Positions 1 through 12,414 of a DNA stretch of 64,000 nt are shown here, piece after piece (position 1 is the first letter of the stretch; every line of letters begins with the position of its first letter). The stretch is from an uncultured Chloroflexia bacterium. GTDB taxonomy: Bacteria > Chloroflexota > UBA6077 > JACCZL01. A model generated the notes under the pieces. That model was not told the origin of the DNA, searched no databases, and worked only from the letters and a program-made list of their open reading frames with translations. The position numbers were made by a program, and so were the translations under genes. The stretch is from contig CAVXYC010000001.1 in NCBI GenBank assembly GCA_963765765.1, positions 288,001 to 352,000 on the forward strand. Reading direction: 5' to 3'.

Positions 1-52
1 ATTGACCCGTGGTCAAGCGAAGTGTGCCGCTCATTCCTGAGAGGTTAAAGCT

Positions 53-2290
53 ATGCTCAGAGTCGTTGGCCAGCGAGTTCCGAAGATCGAGGGTGCCGAA
101 AAGGTCACGGGTCACACGCCCTACACGGCCGATGTCCATCTCCCCGGGCTGCTCTGGGGCAAGGTGCTGCGGAGTCCGCACGCCTACGCGCGTATCAAGA
201 GCATCGATGTTTCAGCGGCGCGCGCGCTCCCGGGCGTCAAGGCTGTCATCACCGCCCAGGACATCCCTTACATCCTGGTTGGCCGTCGGCTCAAGGACGT
301 GCCTCCCCTGGCTAAGGACATCGTTCGCTTCGTCGGCGAGCGCGTGGCTGCTGTCGCCGCGGAAGATCCTAATGTGGCCCAGGAAGCACTGGGTCTTATC
401 GATGTCGAGTACGAGGAGCTCGAGCCGCTTCTGGATCCTCTGGAGGCCATAAAGCCGGGCGCGCCGCTACTCCATCCGGATATCGCGACCTACGAAGGCC
501 TACCCAAGACGCTTCCCGCCGACGTCCCGAACATTCACTCGTTTCTGGAGCGTCGGGCAGGAGATCTCGATGCCGGGTTCGCGGACGCGGACGAGATCTT
601 CGAGGCCACCTACCAGACGTCGATGATGCACCAGGCCTATCTGGAGCCGCATTCCTGCCTGGTCAACATCGACGATGCAGGTCGGGTTCACGTGTGGGCC
701 ACCAACAAAAGCCCCTACTCGCTGCGCACGCACGTGGCCCAGGCGCTCGATATAGATGAGGACAACGTCGTTGTCGAGCACACTCGTATCGGTGGAGAGT
801 TCGGCGGCAAGGGCGCGGTCATGGACATCCCGGTCGCCTATCACCTGGCCCGAATCACCGGCAGCCCGATCCGCATCGTCATGACATACACCGAGGAGTT
901 CCTTGCGGGGAATCCTCGTCATCCATCCGTCATTAAGTTCAAGACGGGCGTCAAGCGCGACGGCACGATTACCGCGCATCAGGCGGTGACCGTGTTCGAC
1001 AGCGGTGCGTATGGCGGGTTCAAACCCGTTCCCGACGTCTCCCTAGGCGGCGGCATGAAAACCGGCGGCTGCTATCGCATTCCCAATGTGCTCATACAGT
1101 CCTACATTGCGTACACCAACCACATACCGGGCGGCTTCATGCGCGCCCCGGGCGATCCTCAGGGCGTCTTCGCGGCAGAGAGCCATTTCGACGTGATAGC
1201 GCGGAAGCTCGATCTGGACCCGCTGGAGTTTCGTCGCAAAAACATCATTCAGCAGGGCGATTCTGCGCCATCAGGGCAGGTCTGGAGCGACATGATCGCT
1301 CCAGACGTACTCGAGCGCGCGATCGAAGCAGTTGATTGGCATGGACCCAAGGAGCCAAATGTGGGGCGCGGTCTGGCTGTGACGCATCGGCACCAGGGTG
1401 CTGGCGAGAGCAAGACGCGCTTGACGCTGCATCCCGATGGCCGTGTGGTCATCACCACGGGCGTCCCCGACGCTGGCCAGGGCTCGCACACGATGATGAA
1501 GCAGATCGCCGCGGAAGTGCTCACCATCCCGATGGAGCAGATCGATATCGCTGTGGGCAATACCGATGAAGCCCCACCGGATCCGGGCATCGGCGGGGCG
1601 CGCCACGGGCACATCGCCGGCCAGGGCGCCTTCGGAGGCTCGCAGGAGCTATTTGAGCGGATGCGCTTAGCGCTGGCGGAAGAGATGGGTTGGCAGGAGG
1701 ATCGGATCACCCTCCAGGATGGCGCCTTCGTGGTCGACGGTCAGCCTGATAGCGCCGCGCCATTCAATCGCGTCGCAGAGATTGCTACCAATCATAGTGA
1801 CGGTCTCATCGATTTCATCTACACCTACACCAAGAGCAGTGCAGAGCAGGAATGCTTCACAACGCAGATCGCCGAAGTGAAGGTTGATCCTGACACGGGA
1901 GCGTTTGAGATTCTCAAATTTGTCACCGCGCACGATGCCGGTACCTTGATCAATCCGATGATGGCAGAAGGTCAGATCGACGGCGGATTCGTCCAGGGCT
2001 TCGGCTTCAGCGTGATGGAAGAGATGCAGCTCGAAGACGGTCGCGTCACGAATGGCAATTTCGGGGATTACAAGATCCCAACCATCGCGGACATCCCGGA
2101 GCTCCAGACAATCTGGCTGGAGGCGGTAGGGCCAATCCCGTTCTCCGGCAAAGCCGTGGCCGAGCATTCCCTGATCCCCACCGCCGCGGCAATTGCCAAC
2201 GCCATCGACGACGCAGTCGGCGTTCGAATCACCTCAACGCCGATCACAGCGGAGAAGGTATTCGCCGCGCTACAGGAGAAAAAGGGGTAG
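53..2290 (+). CDS. Xanthine dehydrogenase/aldehyde oxidase family molybdopterin-binding subunit (CoxL/XdhA-like, not CO dehydrogenase)
   Basis: 745 aa; hallmark motifs EKVTG..YTAD, RSPHAYARI, QAYLEPH, GGEFGGK, GQG, QIDGGFVQGFG, DYKIPT; active-site loop FMRAPG rather than AYXCSFR or AYRGAGR. Confidence 0.93.
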   Translation: MLRVVGQRVPKIEGAEKVTGHTPYTADVHLPGLLWGKVLRSPHAYARIKSIDVSAARALPGVKAVITAQDIPYILVGRRLKDVPPLAKDIVRFVGERVAAVAAEDPNVAQEALGLIDVEYEELEPLLDPLEAIKPGAPLLHPDIATYEGLPKTLPADVPNIHSFLERRAGDLDAGFADADEIFEATYQTSMMHQAYLEPHSCLVNIDDAGRVHVWATNKSPYSLRTHVAQALDIDEDNVVVEHTRIGGEFGGKGAVMDIPVAYHLARITGSPIRIVMTYTEEFLAGNPRHPSVIKFKTGVKRDGTITAHQAVTVFDSGAYGGFKPVPDVSLGGGMKTGGCYRIPNVLIQSYIAYTNHIPGGFMRAPGDPQGVFAAESHFDVIARKLDLDPLEFRRKNIIQQGDSAPSGQVWSDMIAPDVLERAIEAVDWHGPKEPNVGRGLAVTHRHQGAGESKTRLTLHPDGRVVITTGVPDAGQGSHTMMKQIAAEVLTIPMEQIDIAVGNTDEAPPDPGIGGARHGHIAGQGAFGGSQELFERMRLALAEEMGWQEDRITLQDGAFVVDGQPDSAAPFNRVAEIATNHSDGLIDFIYTYTKSSAEQECFTTQIAEVKVDPDTGAFEILKFVTAHDAGTLINPMMAEGQIDGGFVQGFGFSVMEEMQLEDGRVTNGNFGDYKIPTIADIPELQTIWLEAVGPIPFSGKAVAEHSLIPTAAAIANAIDDAVGVRITSTPITAEKVFAALQEKKG

Positions 2291-2299
2291 ACGGCCCCA

Positions 2300-2398
2300 G
2301 ACGTAGTGGCGTCCCTTTACGGGCGCCACTTAGGTGTCAAACCCGCGCTCGCAACGGGGATGTCTAAGATGGCGCCCGTAAAGGGGCGCCACTACGTC
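2300..2398. repeat. REP doublet (REPIN-like inverted repeat, GTAG type)
   Basis: gacgtagtggcgtccctttacgggcgcca (2300-2328) inverted at 2370-2398 with 1 mismatch; lies between convergent genes. Confidence 0.8.
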
Positions 2399-2411
2399 GG
2401 CCTAGCAACAA

Positions 2412-3193
2412 TTACGCGTGGCGGAACTTCGCCGGGCGCTTCTCGATGAACGCCGACATGCCTTCTTTCTGGTCCTCGGTGGCGAAGGTGGAATGGAAGG
2501 CACGGCGCTCATGGAGCAGACCCTCGGAAAGCGGCGTCTCGAACGCCCGATTGACGGCCTCCTTGACCATCATTGACGCGTTGCGCGACGATTCCAGCGA
2601 CTTTGGCTGCTACCGCCAGCGCTTCATCGATGAGCTTGTCGGCCGGCACGATCCGCGACACGAGTCCGGACCGCTCGGCTTCCTCAGCGTCCATCATCCG
2701 ACCGGTGAGGCACATCTCCATGGCCTTGGCTTTGCCGACGGCACGGGTGAGCCGTTGCGATCCACCCATGCCCGGGAATGACGCCGAGCGTAATTTCAGG
2801 CTGGCCGAACCGGGCCGTGTCCGCGGCCAGTAGAATGTCGCACATCATGGCCAGCTCGCAGCCTCCGCCCAACGCGTAGCCTGAGACAGCAGCAATCAAC
2901 GGCGTGCGGACTCGATTCATGGCCTCCCAGCCACCGAACATATCGCTGGCGTAGGCATCGCTAAAGCTGTGCGGCTGCATTTCCTTGATGTCCGCGCCCG
3001 CTGCAAAGGCCCGCTCCGATCCGGTGATGACGATGGCGCCAATTGCCGGATCGCTGTCCAGCTCGGCGGCTGCTGAGGTCACTTCACGCATCACCGTCAG
3101 GTTCAGCGCATTGAGCGCTTGCGGTCGGTTGAGCGTGATCATCGCCACGCCGTCACCCGTGCGCTCCACCAGAATCGTCTCGTAGTCCGTCAC
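2412..3193 (-). CDS. Enoyl-CoA hydratase (EchA8-like), two frameshifts
   Basis: [44 protein letters not shown]; C-terminus [21 protein letters not shown] in a third frame. Confidence 0.9.
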
Positions 3194-4257
3194 CGTGTCC
3201 CCCTGTCACCTGCATTCTCGTCGAGCCCAAGCTCGCGCTCACCACTACCCTTGAAATATTCGCTCACTGCGTCATCGCTCACTTCGGCTAGCGTCGCGGG
3301 GAGCCAATGTGGGTTCCGATCCTTGTCGATCACCTGGGCACGAATGCCTTCTACCAGGTCGTGCGCGTGCAGACATACGCTGGCGATTCGGAACTCCTGG
3401 TTGAGCGCGGCTTCCACGGTGGACATCTTTGCCGCGGAGCGAATCGCCCGTAGGGTGATCTTCACCGAGGTGGGCGACCGCTTTTCGATCTCGCTTGCGA
3501 CGTCAGCCGCATCGCCCTCATGGGCTCTGAGCTCGGTCAGGATCTCTTCCGCCGAGGCCGCTCCATAGCTAGCGTCGATCCACTCAGCTTGGTCGGCGAG
3601 GCGACTGGGCGGCGGCACTTCAGCAAAGCGTGCAATAGCCGCCTGAGGCTCTTCGTCAACGAGCGCGCGAAGCAGATCCGACAGTTTGTGGCTGGGCACG
3701 AAGTAGTCGGCCAGCCCGCAATGGATCGCATCCGCGCCGGACACGTCTCCGCCCGTCATACCCATGTGCGTGCCAAGCTCGCCGGGGCATCTCGATAAGA
3801 GAAATGTACCGCCGATATCCGGCACGAAGCCGATCCGCGTCTCTGGCATGCCCACCCGAGATCGCTCGGTCACGACGCGAACGGATCCATGGGCGGAGAT
3901 TCCAACTCCCCCGCCCATGACGAGGCCGTCCATCAACGCCACGTACGGCTTCGGGTATCGGGCTATTCGCGCGTTCAAGTGATACTCATCGGCCCAGAAC
4001 TCGAGCGCCGCCGCCGGGTTTGATTTCGCGCCCTCGTAAATTGCGCGGACATCGCCGCCGGCACAGAGTCCGCGCTCGCCCTCTCCACGAATCGCCACAG
4101 CCCGAACTCGATCGTCTTCAGCCCAGGCCGCCAGTGTGTCGTCGATGGCGAGAATCATCCCGTGCGTGAGCGCATTGATCGCCTGGGGACGATTCAACGT
4201 GACTAACCCAAGCCCGTTCTCTACGGACGTGTGGACTTCAGTCTCCATCGCAGTCAT
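3190..4257 (-). CDS. Enoyl-CoA hydratase/isomerase family, 3-hydroxyisobutyryl-CoA hydrolase-like
   Basis: [48 protein letters not shown]. Confidence 0.92.
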   Translation of the reverse strand: MTAMETEVHTSVENGLGLVTLNRPQAINALTHGMILAIDDTLAAWAEDDRVRAVAIRGEGERGLCAGGDVRAIYEGAKSNPAAALEFWADEYHLNARIARYPKPYVALMDGLVMGGGVGISAHGSVRVVTERSRVGMPETRIGFVPDIGGTFLLSRCPGELGTHMGMTGGDVSGADAIHCGLADYFVPSHKLSDLLRALVDEEPQAAIARFAEVPPPSRLADQAEWIDASYGAASAEEILTELRAHEGDAADVASEIEKRSPTSVKITLRAIRSAAKMSTVEAALNQEFRIASVCLHAHDLVEGIRAQVIDKDRNPHWLPATLAEVSDDAVSEYFKGSGERELGLDENAGDRGTR

Positions 4258-4397
4258 GGCGCTTCTACCCGGTGCACAAGAAGAATCATTGTCTGCCGAT
4301 CCCTTTTGAGACCAGTGTATCCGCGGACGACTAGCGCGGGATTTGCCGGGACCATCGTCACTCTGAAATCAAGAACCGTCAAAAGACATCCGAGAGT

Positions 4398-4429
4398 CCT
4401 GGGGGCGCGGGGGTCCCGCGCGCTCCAGG
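4398..4429. repeat. GC-rich REP-like hairpin, similar to 62172-62204
   Basis: cctgggggcgcgggggtcccgcgcgctccagg resembles cctgggagacggggcgtcccgccgtcccagg. Confidence 0.45.
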
Positions 4430-4456
4430 ACGCAGCTGACCTTCCGCAATAAGCCG

Positions 4457-4485
4457 TTGCTAAAATAGCAAATATTCATTACACT
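4457..4485 (+). promoter_or_regulatory. Sigma70-type promoter with palindromic operator overlapping -35
   Basis: TTGCTA-17 bp-TACACT upstream of 4519; TTGCTA-aaa-TAGCAA inverted repeat at 4457-4471. Confidence 0.6.
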
Positions 4486-4518
4486 CATTTCTAGCATGCT
4501 GCCGGCTCGGAGGAGCCC

Positions 4519-5652
4519 ATGCCTTCAGATACGATGGAAGTTTTGCTTCGTGCCGCGCGGCAGCGCGTCGGACTATCCCAGGGTGAGCTTGCGTCCCGGG
4601 TGGGCGTGAGTCGACAAGCAATCAGCGCTATTGAGACGGGTCGCGCCGCGCCGACGATGCCGGTGGCCTTGCGCTGTGCTCAGGTGTTGGGCGTACGTGC
4701 CGATGAGCTATTTCGGCTGGTTGACGCCCTTCCCAGCCTGGAGGCTGACATTCTGGCTGCCACCGACCTGCCAGGTGGTGGACCGTATCGCGTACACGTG
4801 GCGCGCGTCGGCGGCCGAACCGTTGCGCGACCCTTGATCGGCGCCAGCGGACTGCTGGTCTCATTGCCGCGTGCAAATGGCTTGCTTCGCTCAGTGGGTG
4901 ACGGCCAACTGCGGGCCACCGTGGAGCTATTTGACGATCCGGACGATCTCGATCGCACTGTGGTTCTGGCGGGCTGCGACCCATCCATGAGCGTCCTTGC
5001 GGATCACGTTCGCCGACGCCACCCAGGCGTGGATCTCGTGTGCCAGGCGAGCAACAGCCGGGCGGCGTTGGAGTCGGTTGCGCGCGGGGAAGCGCACGTG
5101 GCAGGCCTGCATCTTCTCGACCCTGACACGGGTGAGTACAATCGGCCGTTCGCCCAGGAAGCGCTGGGTCGGGACGTGCGCCTGGTGACATTCGCGATCT
5201 GGGAGCAGGGCCTCATGGTCTCACCCGGTCGCGTGGGCGAGGTTCGTGGCATCCGATCGTTGGTGCACCCTGGGGTGCGCGTGGTGAATCGAGAAGTAGG
5301 TAGTGGCGCACGTGCGCTCCTCGATGCAGAGCTGCTCCGAGCCGGTATAGACTCCGCCGCGATCAGTGGATATGACACAGTGGTCAAGAGCCATCTGGCC
5401 GCTGCCGAGGCGGTGGCCGCTGGATTAGCGGACGTCGCCATTGGCGCCCGTGTAGCAGCCCAGGCGCTGGGCCTCGATTTCGTCCTGCTGACCGAAGAGC
5501 GATATGACCTGGCAATACCAGATAGATTCTTCGGACTCAGCCCAGTCCAGGCACTGCTAGAAACGCTAACAAGTCCACTGTTCAGGCGGGAGATTGATGC
5601 GTTTGGCGGTTACGACGTTGCGCCCATGGGCAATGAGATCGCCGCTGCATGA
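4519..5652 (+). CDS. XRE HTH plus PBP (molybdate-binding-like) transcriptional regulator
   Basis: N-terminal LSQGELASRVGVSRQAISAIETG; C-terminal PBP motifs GCDP, HVAGLHL, VNREVGSGAR, EERYDL; directly upstream of modA. Confidence 0.88.
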   Translation: MPSDTMEVLLRAARQRVGLSQGELASRVGVSRQAISAIETGRAAPTMPVALRCAQVLGVRADELFRLVDALPSLEADILAATDLPGGGPYRVHVARVGGRTVARPLIGASGLLVSLPRANGLLRSVGDGQLRATVELFDDPDDLDRTVVLAGCDPSMSVLADHVRRRHPGVDLVCQASNSRAALESVARGEAHVAGLHLLDPDTGEYNRPFAQEALGRDVRLVTFAIWEQGLMVSPGRVGEVRGIRSLVHPGVRVVNREVGSGARALLDAELLRAGIDSAAISGYDTVVKSHLAAAEAVAAGLADVAIGARVAAQALGLDFVLLTEERYDLAIPDRFFGLSPVQALLETLTSPLFRREIDAFGGYDVAPMGNEIAAA

Positions 5653-6498
5653 GCTTGAGAATCCGGCACCTCGCCATCATCCTTGTTTCGCTTTACCTGA
5701 GCGTCGGCTGCTCTGCCGGGAATACGACGCCGTCCACATCCACTCCGGCGAATACATCGACGCTTACGGTGTTCGCCGCATCCTCACTGACCGACGCGTT
5801 CAAAGAGGTCGGAACGATCTTCGAATCGAATCACCGGAACCGCCGTCGTTTTCAATTTTGGAGCGTCCTCGCAGCTTCGAACACAACTCGAGCAGGGCGC
5901 TCCCGCGGACGTGTTTGCGTCGGCCGACACCGTGCAAATGGAACGAGCGCGGCAGGCAGGTGTGATCGCTGGATCTGATCAGATCTTCGCGACCAATCGC
6001 CTGATGGTGATCACTCCGGCAACCAATCCCGCCGCAGTCACAGGACCCGAGGATCTCGGCAAGGGCGGAATCAAGATCGTGAGTGCACAACTTGACGTGC
6101 CCATCGGGGCGTACACGCAGTCGATGTTCGAGGCAATGAGCCGAGACACTCGGTTCGGCTCGGACTTCATGGACCGCGCCAACGCGAATATCGTCTCTCG
6201 CGAGCCGAACGTGCGCCAGATCGTGGCCAAGATTCAGCTCGGCGAGGGCGACGCGGCTCTGGTGTACAAGTCGGACATCACCCCCCAGGCTGCTCCGGAC
6301 CTGGCGACGTTCGAGATTCCGGATGTATTCAATACCGTTGCTGAATACCCGATCGCCAGAGTGACGAACGGACCGGCGAGTGACGTGGCGACACAATTCA
6401 TCGCCTTCGTGGTTTCACCTGAAGGCCAATCCGTTCTTCAGCGATGGAACTTCCTGGCCGCTGCGCCCACCGCTCGGGAGCCGGCAGCAGCACAATAG
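5649..6498 (+). CDS. modA: Molybdate ABC transporter substrate-binding lipoprotein (frameshifted)
   Basis: Lipobox SVGC, LTVFAASSLTDAF, DVFASAD, FATNRL, VPIGAY, GEGDAALVYKSD; frame change near 5840-5900. Confidence 0.9.
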
Positions 6499-6513
6499 CG
6501 CGGCGCGCGTTTG

Positions 6514-6611
6514 CCTTTGGACTGCGGGGGGCTTCGCCGCTTTCACGCCGGGCGGAAGCCGAACGCGCTCCACGCTCGCCTAAAGCGGCGAGAACCGCCG
6601 CACTCCAAAGG
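6514..6611. repeat. REP doublet (TGGAGTGCGGCGG...GCCGCTTT type)
   Basis: cctttggactgcggggggcttcgccgcttt / aaagcggcgagaaccgccgcactccaaagg, imperfect 30-bp inverted repeat. Confidence 0.7.
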
Positions 6612-6622
6612 TCTGGGGATTC

Positions 6623-6785
6623 TTAGCGCACGACCACCGTCTTGACGTTCATGAGCTCGCGGACGCCGTAGGCGCTTAAATCCCGTCGTCGCCCGACATC
6701 TTGACCCCGCCAAAAGCCAAACGGGAGACGCGGTCCGACGCTACCCGGCCAATGGTGAACGTGGCGCCCGCCTCGAGCTTCTCGT
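6623..6785 (-). pseudogene. Degenerate 3' fragment of an aldehyde dehydrogenase (paralog of gabD at 13824-15188)
   Basis: Reads LEAGATFTIGRVASD..FGGVKMSG/RRDLSAYGVRELMNVKTVVVR* versus gabD [49 protein letters not shown]. Confidence 0.85.
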
Positions 6786-6918
6786 CGACACCATCTGTGG
6801 GCCGGGGTTCGGCGGTATCCTGACAGGGCGCAAGAGCGCAGTTTCTCCATGTAGGATGCTGGCCTGCGTCGCCGCACGTCGGCTACCTGACGATCCCGCG
6901 ACTTGAACGGAGAAAGTG

Positions 6919-8094
6919 ATGCAGCGAAGTACGGGTCGAATCCTAACCACGCATACTGGGAGCCTGCCTCGTCCGACGGACCTGCTGGAAGCAATGCGGG
7001 CTCGAGAGCTCGGTCGGCCGTTCGACCAACCAGCGTTCGAGCAACGCTTGAAGGAAGCCGTAGCCGAGAACGTCCGTCAGCAAGTCGCCGCCGGCATCGA
7101 CATCGTGAATGACGGCGAGGTAGGCAAACCAAGCTTCTCAGCGTATGTTATGGATCGGTTGAGCGGTTTCGAAGCGCGGCCGCTGCCAGAGGGAGCTCCC
7201 CGACCCTCCGGCCCAATCGACCCCAACGGCCGTGACGCGCAGCGGTTCCCCGACTATTACGAATACGTGCTGGCCCATAGTCCGTTCGAGAACACCATCC
7301 GGATGGCGCCCCGTGTCTGTGTCGGCCCGGTGCGTTACGTGGGTCAGCAGCTAGTGCAGCGAGACATTGCCAACCTCAACGCGGCCACGGCCGGTCTCAA
7401 CGTGGTGGAGGCATTTCTACCCTCCGCGTCACCGATCCCCATGATCGGCCTGAACGAGCACTATGGCTCGGAAGAGGAATACGCTGTCGCTTACGCGGAC
7501 GCGATGCGCGAGGAATATCGGATCATCCTGGATGCCGGGCTGCTACTACAGATCGACGATCCCCGCATGGTCAGCAGCTGGGACAACCGGTACGATCTGA
7601 CTCTCGACGAGTACCGAAGAGATGCCCAGCGTCGCGTCGAGCTGATTAACTACGCGCTCCGTGACCTACCGGAAGACCGAATCCGGTACCACACCTGTTA
7701 CGGCGTCAACTTCGGGCCGCGCGTGAGCGACCTCCAGTTGGAGAATGTGATCGATATCTTCTTCCAGATCCACGCCGGCGCCTACTCGTTTGAGGCCGCC
7801 AATCCCCGCCACGAGCATGAGTGGCGGCTGTTCGAGCGCGTGAAGGTACCCGAAGGGAAAGTTCTCATCCCCGGGATGGTTACTCACTCCAACGTCATGA
7901 TCGAGCATCCGGAGACCGTGGCCGATCGCATCGAGCGCTGGGCGCGCACCGTTGGCAACGAAAGTCTGATCGTCGGTAACGATTGTGGCTTCGCGTCGAC
8001 CGCGGGCAACGCCGAGATTCCGCCCACCGTAGCCTGGGCCAAACTCCAGGCCCTGAGTGAAGGTGCCCAGGTGGCGTCCAGGCGTCTGATCTAA
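6919..8094 (+). CDS. Cobalamin-independent methionine synthase II-like (single-barrel MetE family) protein
   Basis: TTHTGSLPRP, DIVNDGE, LQIDDP, Zn ligands HTCYG, FEAANPRHEHEW, DCGF. Confidence 0.9.
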   Translation: MQRSTGRILTTHTGSLPRPTDLLEAMRARELGRPFDQPAFEQRLKEAVAENVRQQVAAGIDIVNDGEVGKPSFSAYVMDRLSGFEARPLPEGAPRPSGPIDPNGRDAQRFPDYYEYVLAHSPFENTIRMAPRVCVGPVRYVGQQLVQRDIANLNAATAGLNVVEAFLPSASPIPMIGLNEHYGSEEEYAVAYADAMREEYRIILDAGLLLQIDDPRMVSSWDNRYDLTLDEYRRDAQRRVELINYALRDLPEDRIRYHTCYGVNFGPRVSDLQLENVIDIFFQIHAGAYSFEAANPRHEHEWRLFERVKVPEGKVLIPGMVTHSNVMIEHPETVADRIERWARTVGNESLIVGNDCGFASTAGNAEIPPTVAWAKLQALSEGAQVASRRLI

Positions 8095-8125
8095 ACGATT
8101 CGGCTGGGTAGAGAAAAGCCGTTTC

Positions 8126-8512
8126 TCAGAGCGTCAGGATTGGAAGACTGAGAGAGCGAGCCGCGGCGACGAGGCGGCCATCATAGCTCGCCAACTCAAT
8201 CGACTGACCGCGCCCGTGGAGAAAATCGAGGGTGGCCAGGTGCAGAGCGTCCAGTGTACGCACGGGCACGGGGAACGGTTGGAGCGCACGCGCCAGGATT
8301 GGCGGAGCCAGCTCGACATAGATGACCCCGTTCAGCAGCTCACGTACCGCGTCGCCGTGCGTCGCCGCCAAACGCCGCGCGTTGACCCGATTCCAGACTT
8401 CGTACTGGAGCAAGCGGCTCGCCGTCAGCGGCTTCAGCCACAGATCCTCAGGCGGGAGCCGATCCTCTGCGAATAGCTGTGCAAGCGCGACCGAGGTGTC
8501 AAGGTAAATCAC
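8126..8512 (-). CDS. vapC: PIN-domain toxin (VapC family)
   Basis: IYLDTS, acidic E, RTLDALHLATL, SYDGRLVAAA. Confidence 0.92.
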   Translation of the reverse strand: MIYLDTSVALAQLFAEDRLPPEDLWLKPLTASRLLQYEVWNRVNARRLAATHGDAVRELLNGVIYVELAPPILARALQPFPVPVRTLDALHLATLDFLHGRGQSIELASYDGRLVAAARSLSLPILTL

Positions 8513-8799
8513 CGGTCGGCGCGGTCTTCCTCCAGCTCGCGCATCAAGTCACGCAAGGTGGTAATCGGCGCCCGCGATGGAGGTCCGCTGAGCGGGTGGG
8601 CTGCCGGTGTTAGCCATCCCTGGCGCATGAGGTCAACGAGCACCGCGTCCGCGACCGTTGTGGCACGGTCGACCCGAGGCGGGACCAGCTCCGCGACAAC
8701 CTGATCTCGATCGGTTACGAGTATCGTCTCACCACCACGGGCAAGACGGACGTATTCCGAGAGCTTATTCTTGAGCACCTTTATCCCGACTGCACGCAC
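8509..8799 (-). CDS. Phd/YefM-type antitoxin
   Basis: VRAVGIKVLKNKLSEYVRLARGGETILVTDRDQVVAELVPP; 4-nt overlap with the toxin. Confidence 0.9.
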   Translation of the reverse strand: MRAVGIKVLKNKLSEYVRLARGGETILVTDRDQVVAELVPPRVDRATTVADAVLVDLMRQGWLTPAAHPLSGPPSRAPITTLRDLMRELEEDRADR

Positions 8800-8805
8800 G
8801 ACCAA

Positions 8806-8835
8806 ATAGTAGCCCCCAGTAGCTACTTGAGTCAA
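8806..8835 (-). promoter_or_regulatory. Toxin-antitoxin promoter (probably leaderless) with palindromic operator
   Basis: Minus strand TTGACT-18 bp-TACTAT ending about 6 nt before GTG 8799; perfect palindrome AGTAGCTACT at 8818-8827. Confidence 0.7.
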
Positions 8836-8866
8836 TACCAACAGGGCGTGGTCCCCGCGGCGCAGC

Positions 8867-8989
8867 TCGTGGGTCATGATTGTGGCTTCGCGTCGACAGC
8901 GGGCGTGCCGAGTTTCACCCGCCGTTGCCTGGGACTAGCTCCAAGCTCTGAGCGAAGGTGCCCGGGTGGCCTCCGAGCGCCTGGGCTAA
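8867..8989 (+). pseudogene. Diverged direct copy of the 3' end of the MetE-like gene
   Basis: gattgtggcttcgcgtcgac...gaaggtgccc.ggtggc.tcc...ctaa matches 7970-8094, with indels. Confidence 0.88.
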
Positions 8990-9102
8990 CCGCTTCGCGG
9001 TCTTGGTAGTAAGGCTGAGCAGATCGCGCGCTGGCGTGGGACATCGAAAAGTGACGCCCAACAACCGCGGCCCCCGTCGCCGCGCCGTCGTCGACACATA
9101 TG

Positions 9103-9840
9103 TCAGATAACCTCTCGCGGCGTGACGAACCGTCGCGGCCACGAGTCGACGTGGCGTAGCAGCACGCGAGCCAGCTCCTCCTTGCGGGGCTCGAGATCCG
9201 GAGTCGGGCCCACGAGTGTGACTGACGCCACCGCCTCATTCGATTCATTACGCACGGTCGTCGCGATGGCGAAGCGCGTGCCGCCCAGGCGCAGGTTCCG
9301 CGCGATCCGAGTTCTCGCGATCTCTTGGTACTCCGCCAGGAAGGCGTGGACCAGATCCACCTCCTCCGCGCCGCGACGGCGCAGATAGGTCTCGAGCTCG
9401 GCTTCCGACTGCGCGGCGAGCAGCGCCTTGCCGCCGGCCGTGGCCAGCAGGGGCCGGCGGATGTTGGACCGCGCCTCGAACCCGGTCAGGGCATCGCTCC
9501 CCACCTCGGCGATGTACACAAGATGGTCGCCGGCCCGGACGCCGAGAAACGCCGCCACGTTTGTCTCCTGGTAGAGCGCGGCCAGGTCCGCGTGTGTGAC
9601 TAATCCCGCCCGAATATGGCCGCTCGCGAGAGTGAGGCTGTACACGGCGGGCCCAAGATAGAAACGGTGATCCTGCTCGTGGAGCCAGCCCTTGGAGAGT
9701 AGCCCGCGAACGAAGCCGTGGACGGAGCTCTTCGGCGCATCGAGAGTGCGCGCGAGGTCGGCGAGCGTCATCCCCGGGTGATAGACGACCGTCTCGACGA
9801 TGTGCGTGATCCGATCGACGGTGCGATGGCTTTCTGGCAT
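9103..9840 (-). CDS. IclR family transcriptional regulator
   Basis: HTH TLADLARTLDAPKSSVHGFVRGL; effector domain ATAGGKALLA, VASVTLVGP; start taken at MPESHR. Confidence 0.88.
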   Translation of the reverse strand: MPESHRTVDRITHIVETVVYHPGMTLADLARTLDAPKSSVHGFVRGLLSKGWLHEQDHRFYLGPAVYSLTLASGHIRAGLVTHADLAALYQETNVAAFLGVRAGDHLVYIAEVGSDALTGFEARSNIRRPLLATAGGKALLAAQSEAELETYLRRRGAEEVDLVHAFLAEYQEIARTRIARNLRLGGTRFAIATTVRNESNEAVASVTLVGPTPDLEPRKEELARVLLRHVDSWPRRFVTPREVI

Positions 9841-10023
9841 AGCGTGGATATCGTACAGCCGATCTTCGACCACTGAGTCCAGCTCGGGTTGCCCTCGCCG
9901 CACCTTCGATAGGTCGCCGCGCACTGGCATAAGGCGTGCACAGATTCGCCCAATCATCCGTATATACGAACACTCGAACGATTGGCAATGTGGGATCCGG
10001 GCTTTAATGAGAGGCATTCAGAT

Positions 10024-12413
<2,390 letters not shown>

Positions 12414-12414
12414 C

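Noticed and set aside
53-2290. Aerobic CO dehydrogenase CoxL
   Set aside because: Active-site loop is FMRAPG, not AYXCSFR or AYRGAGR
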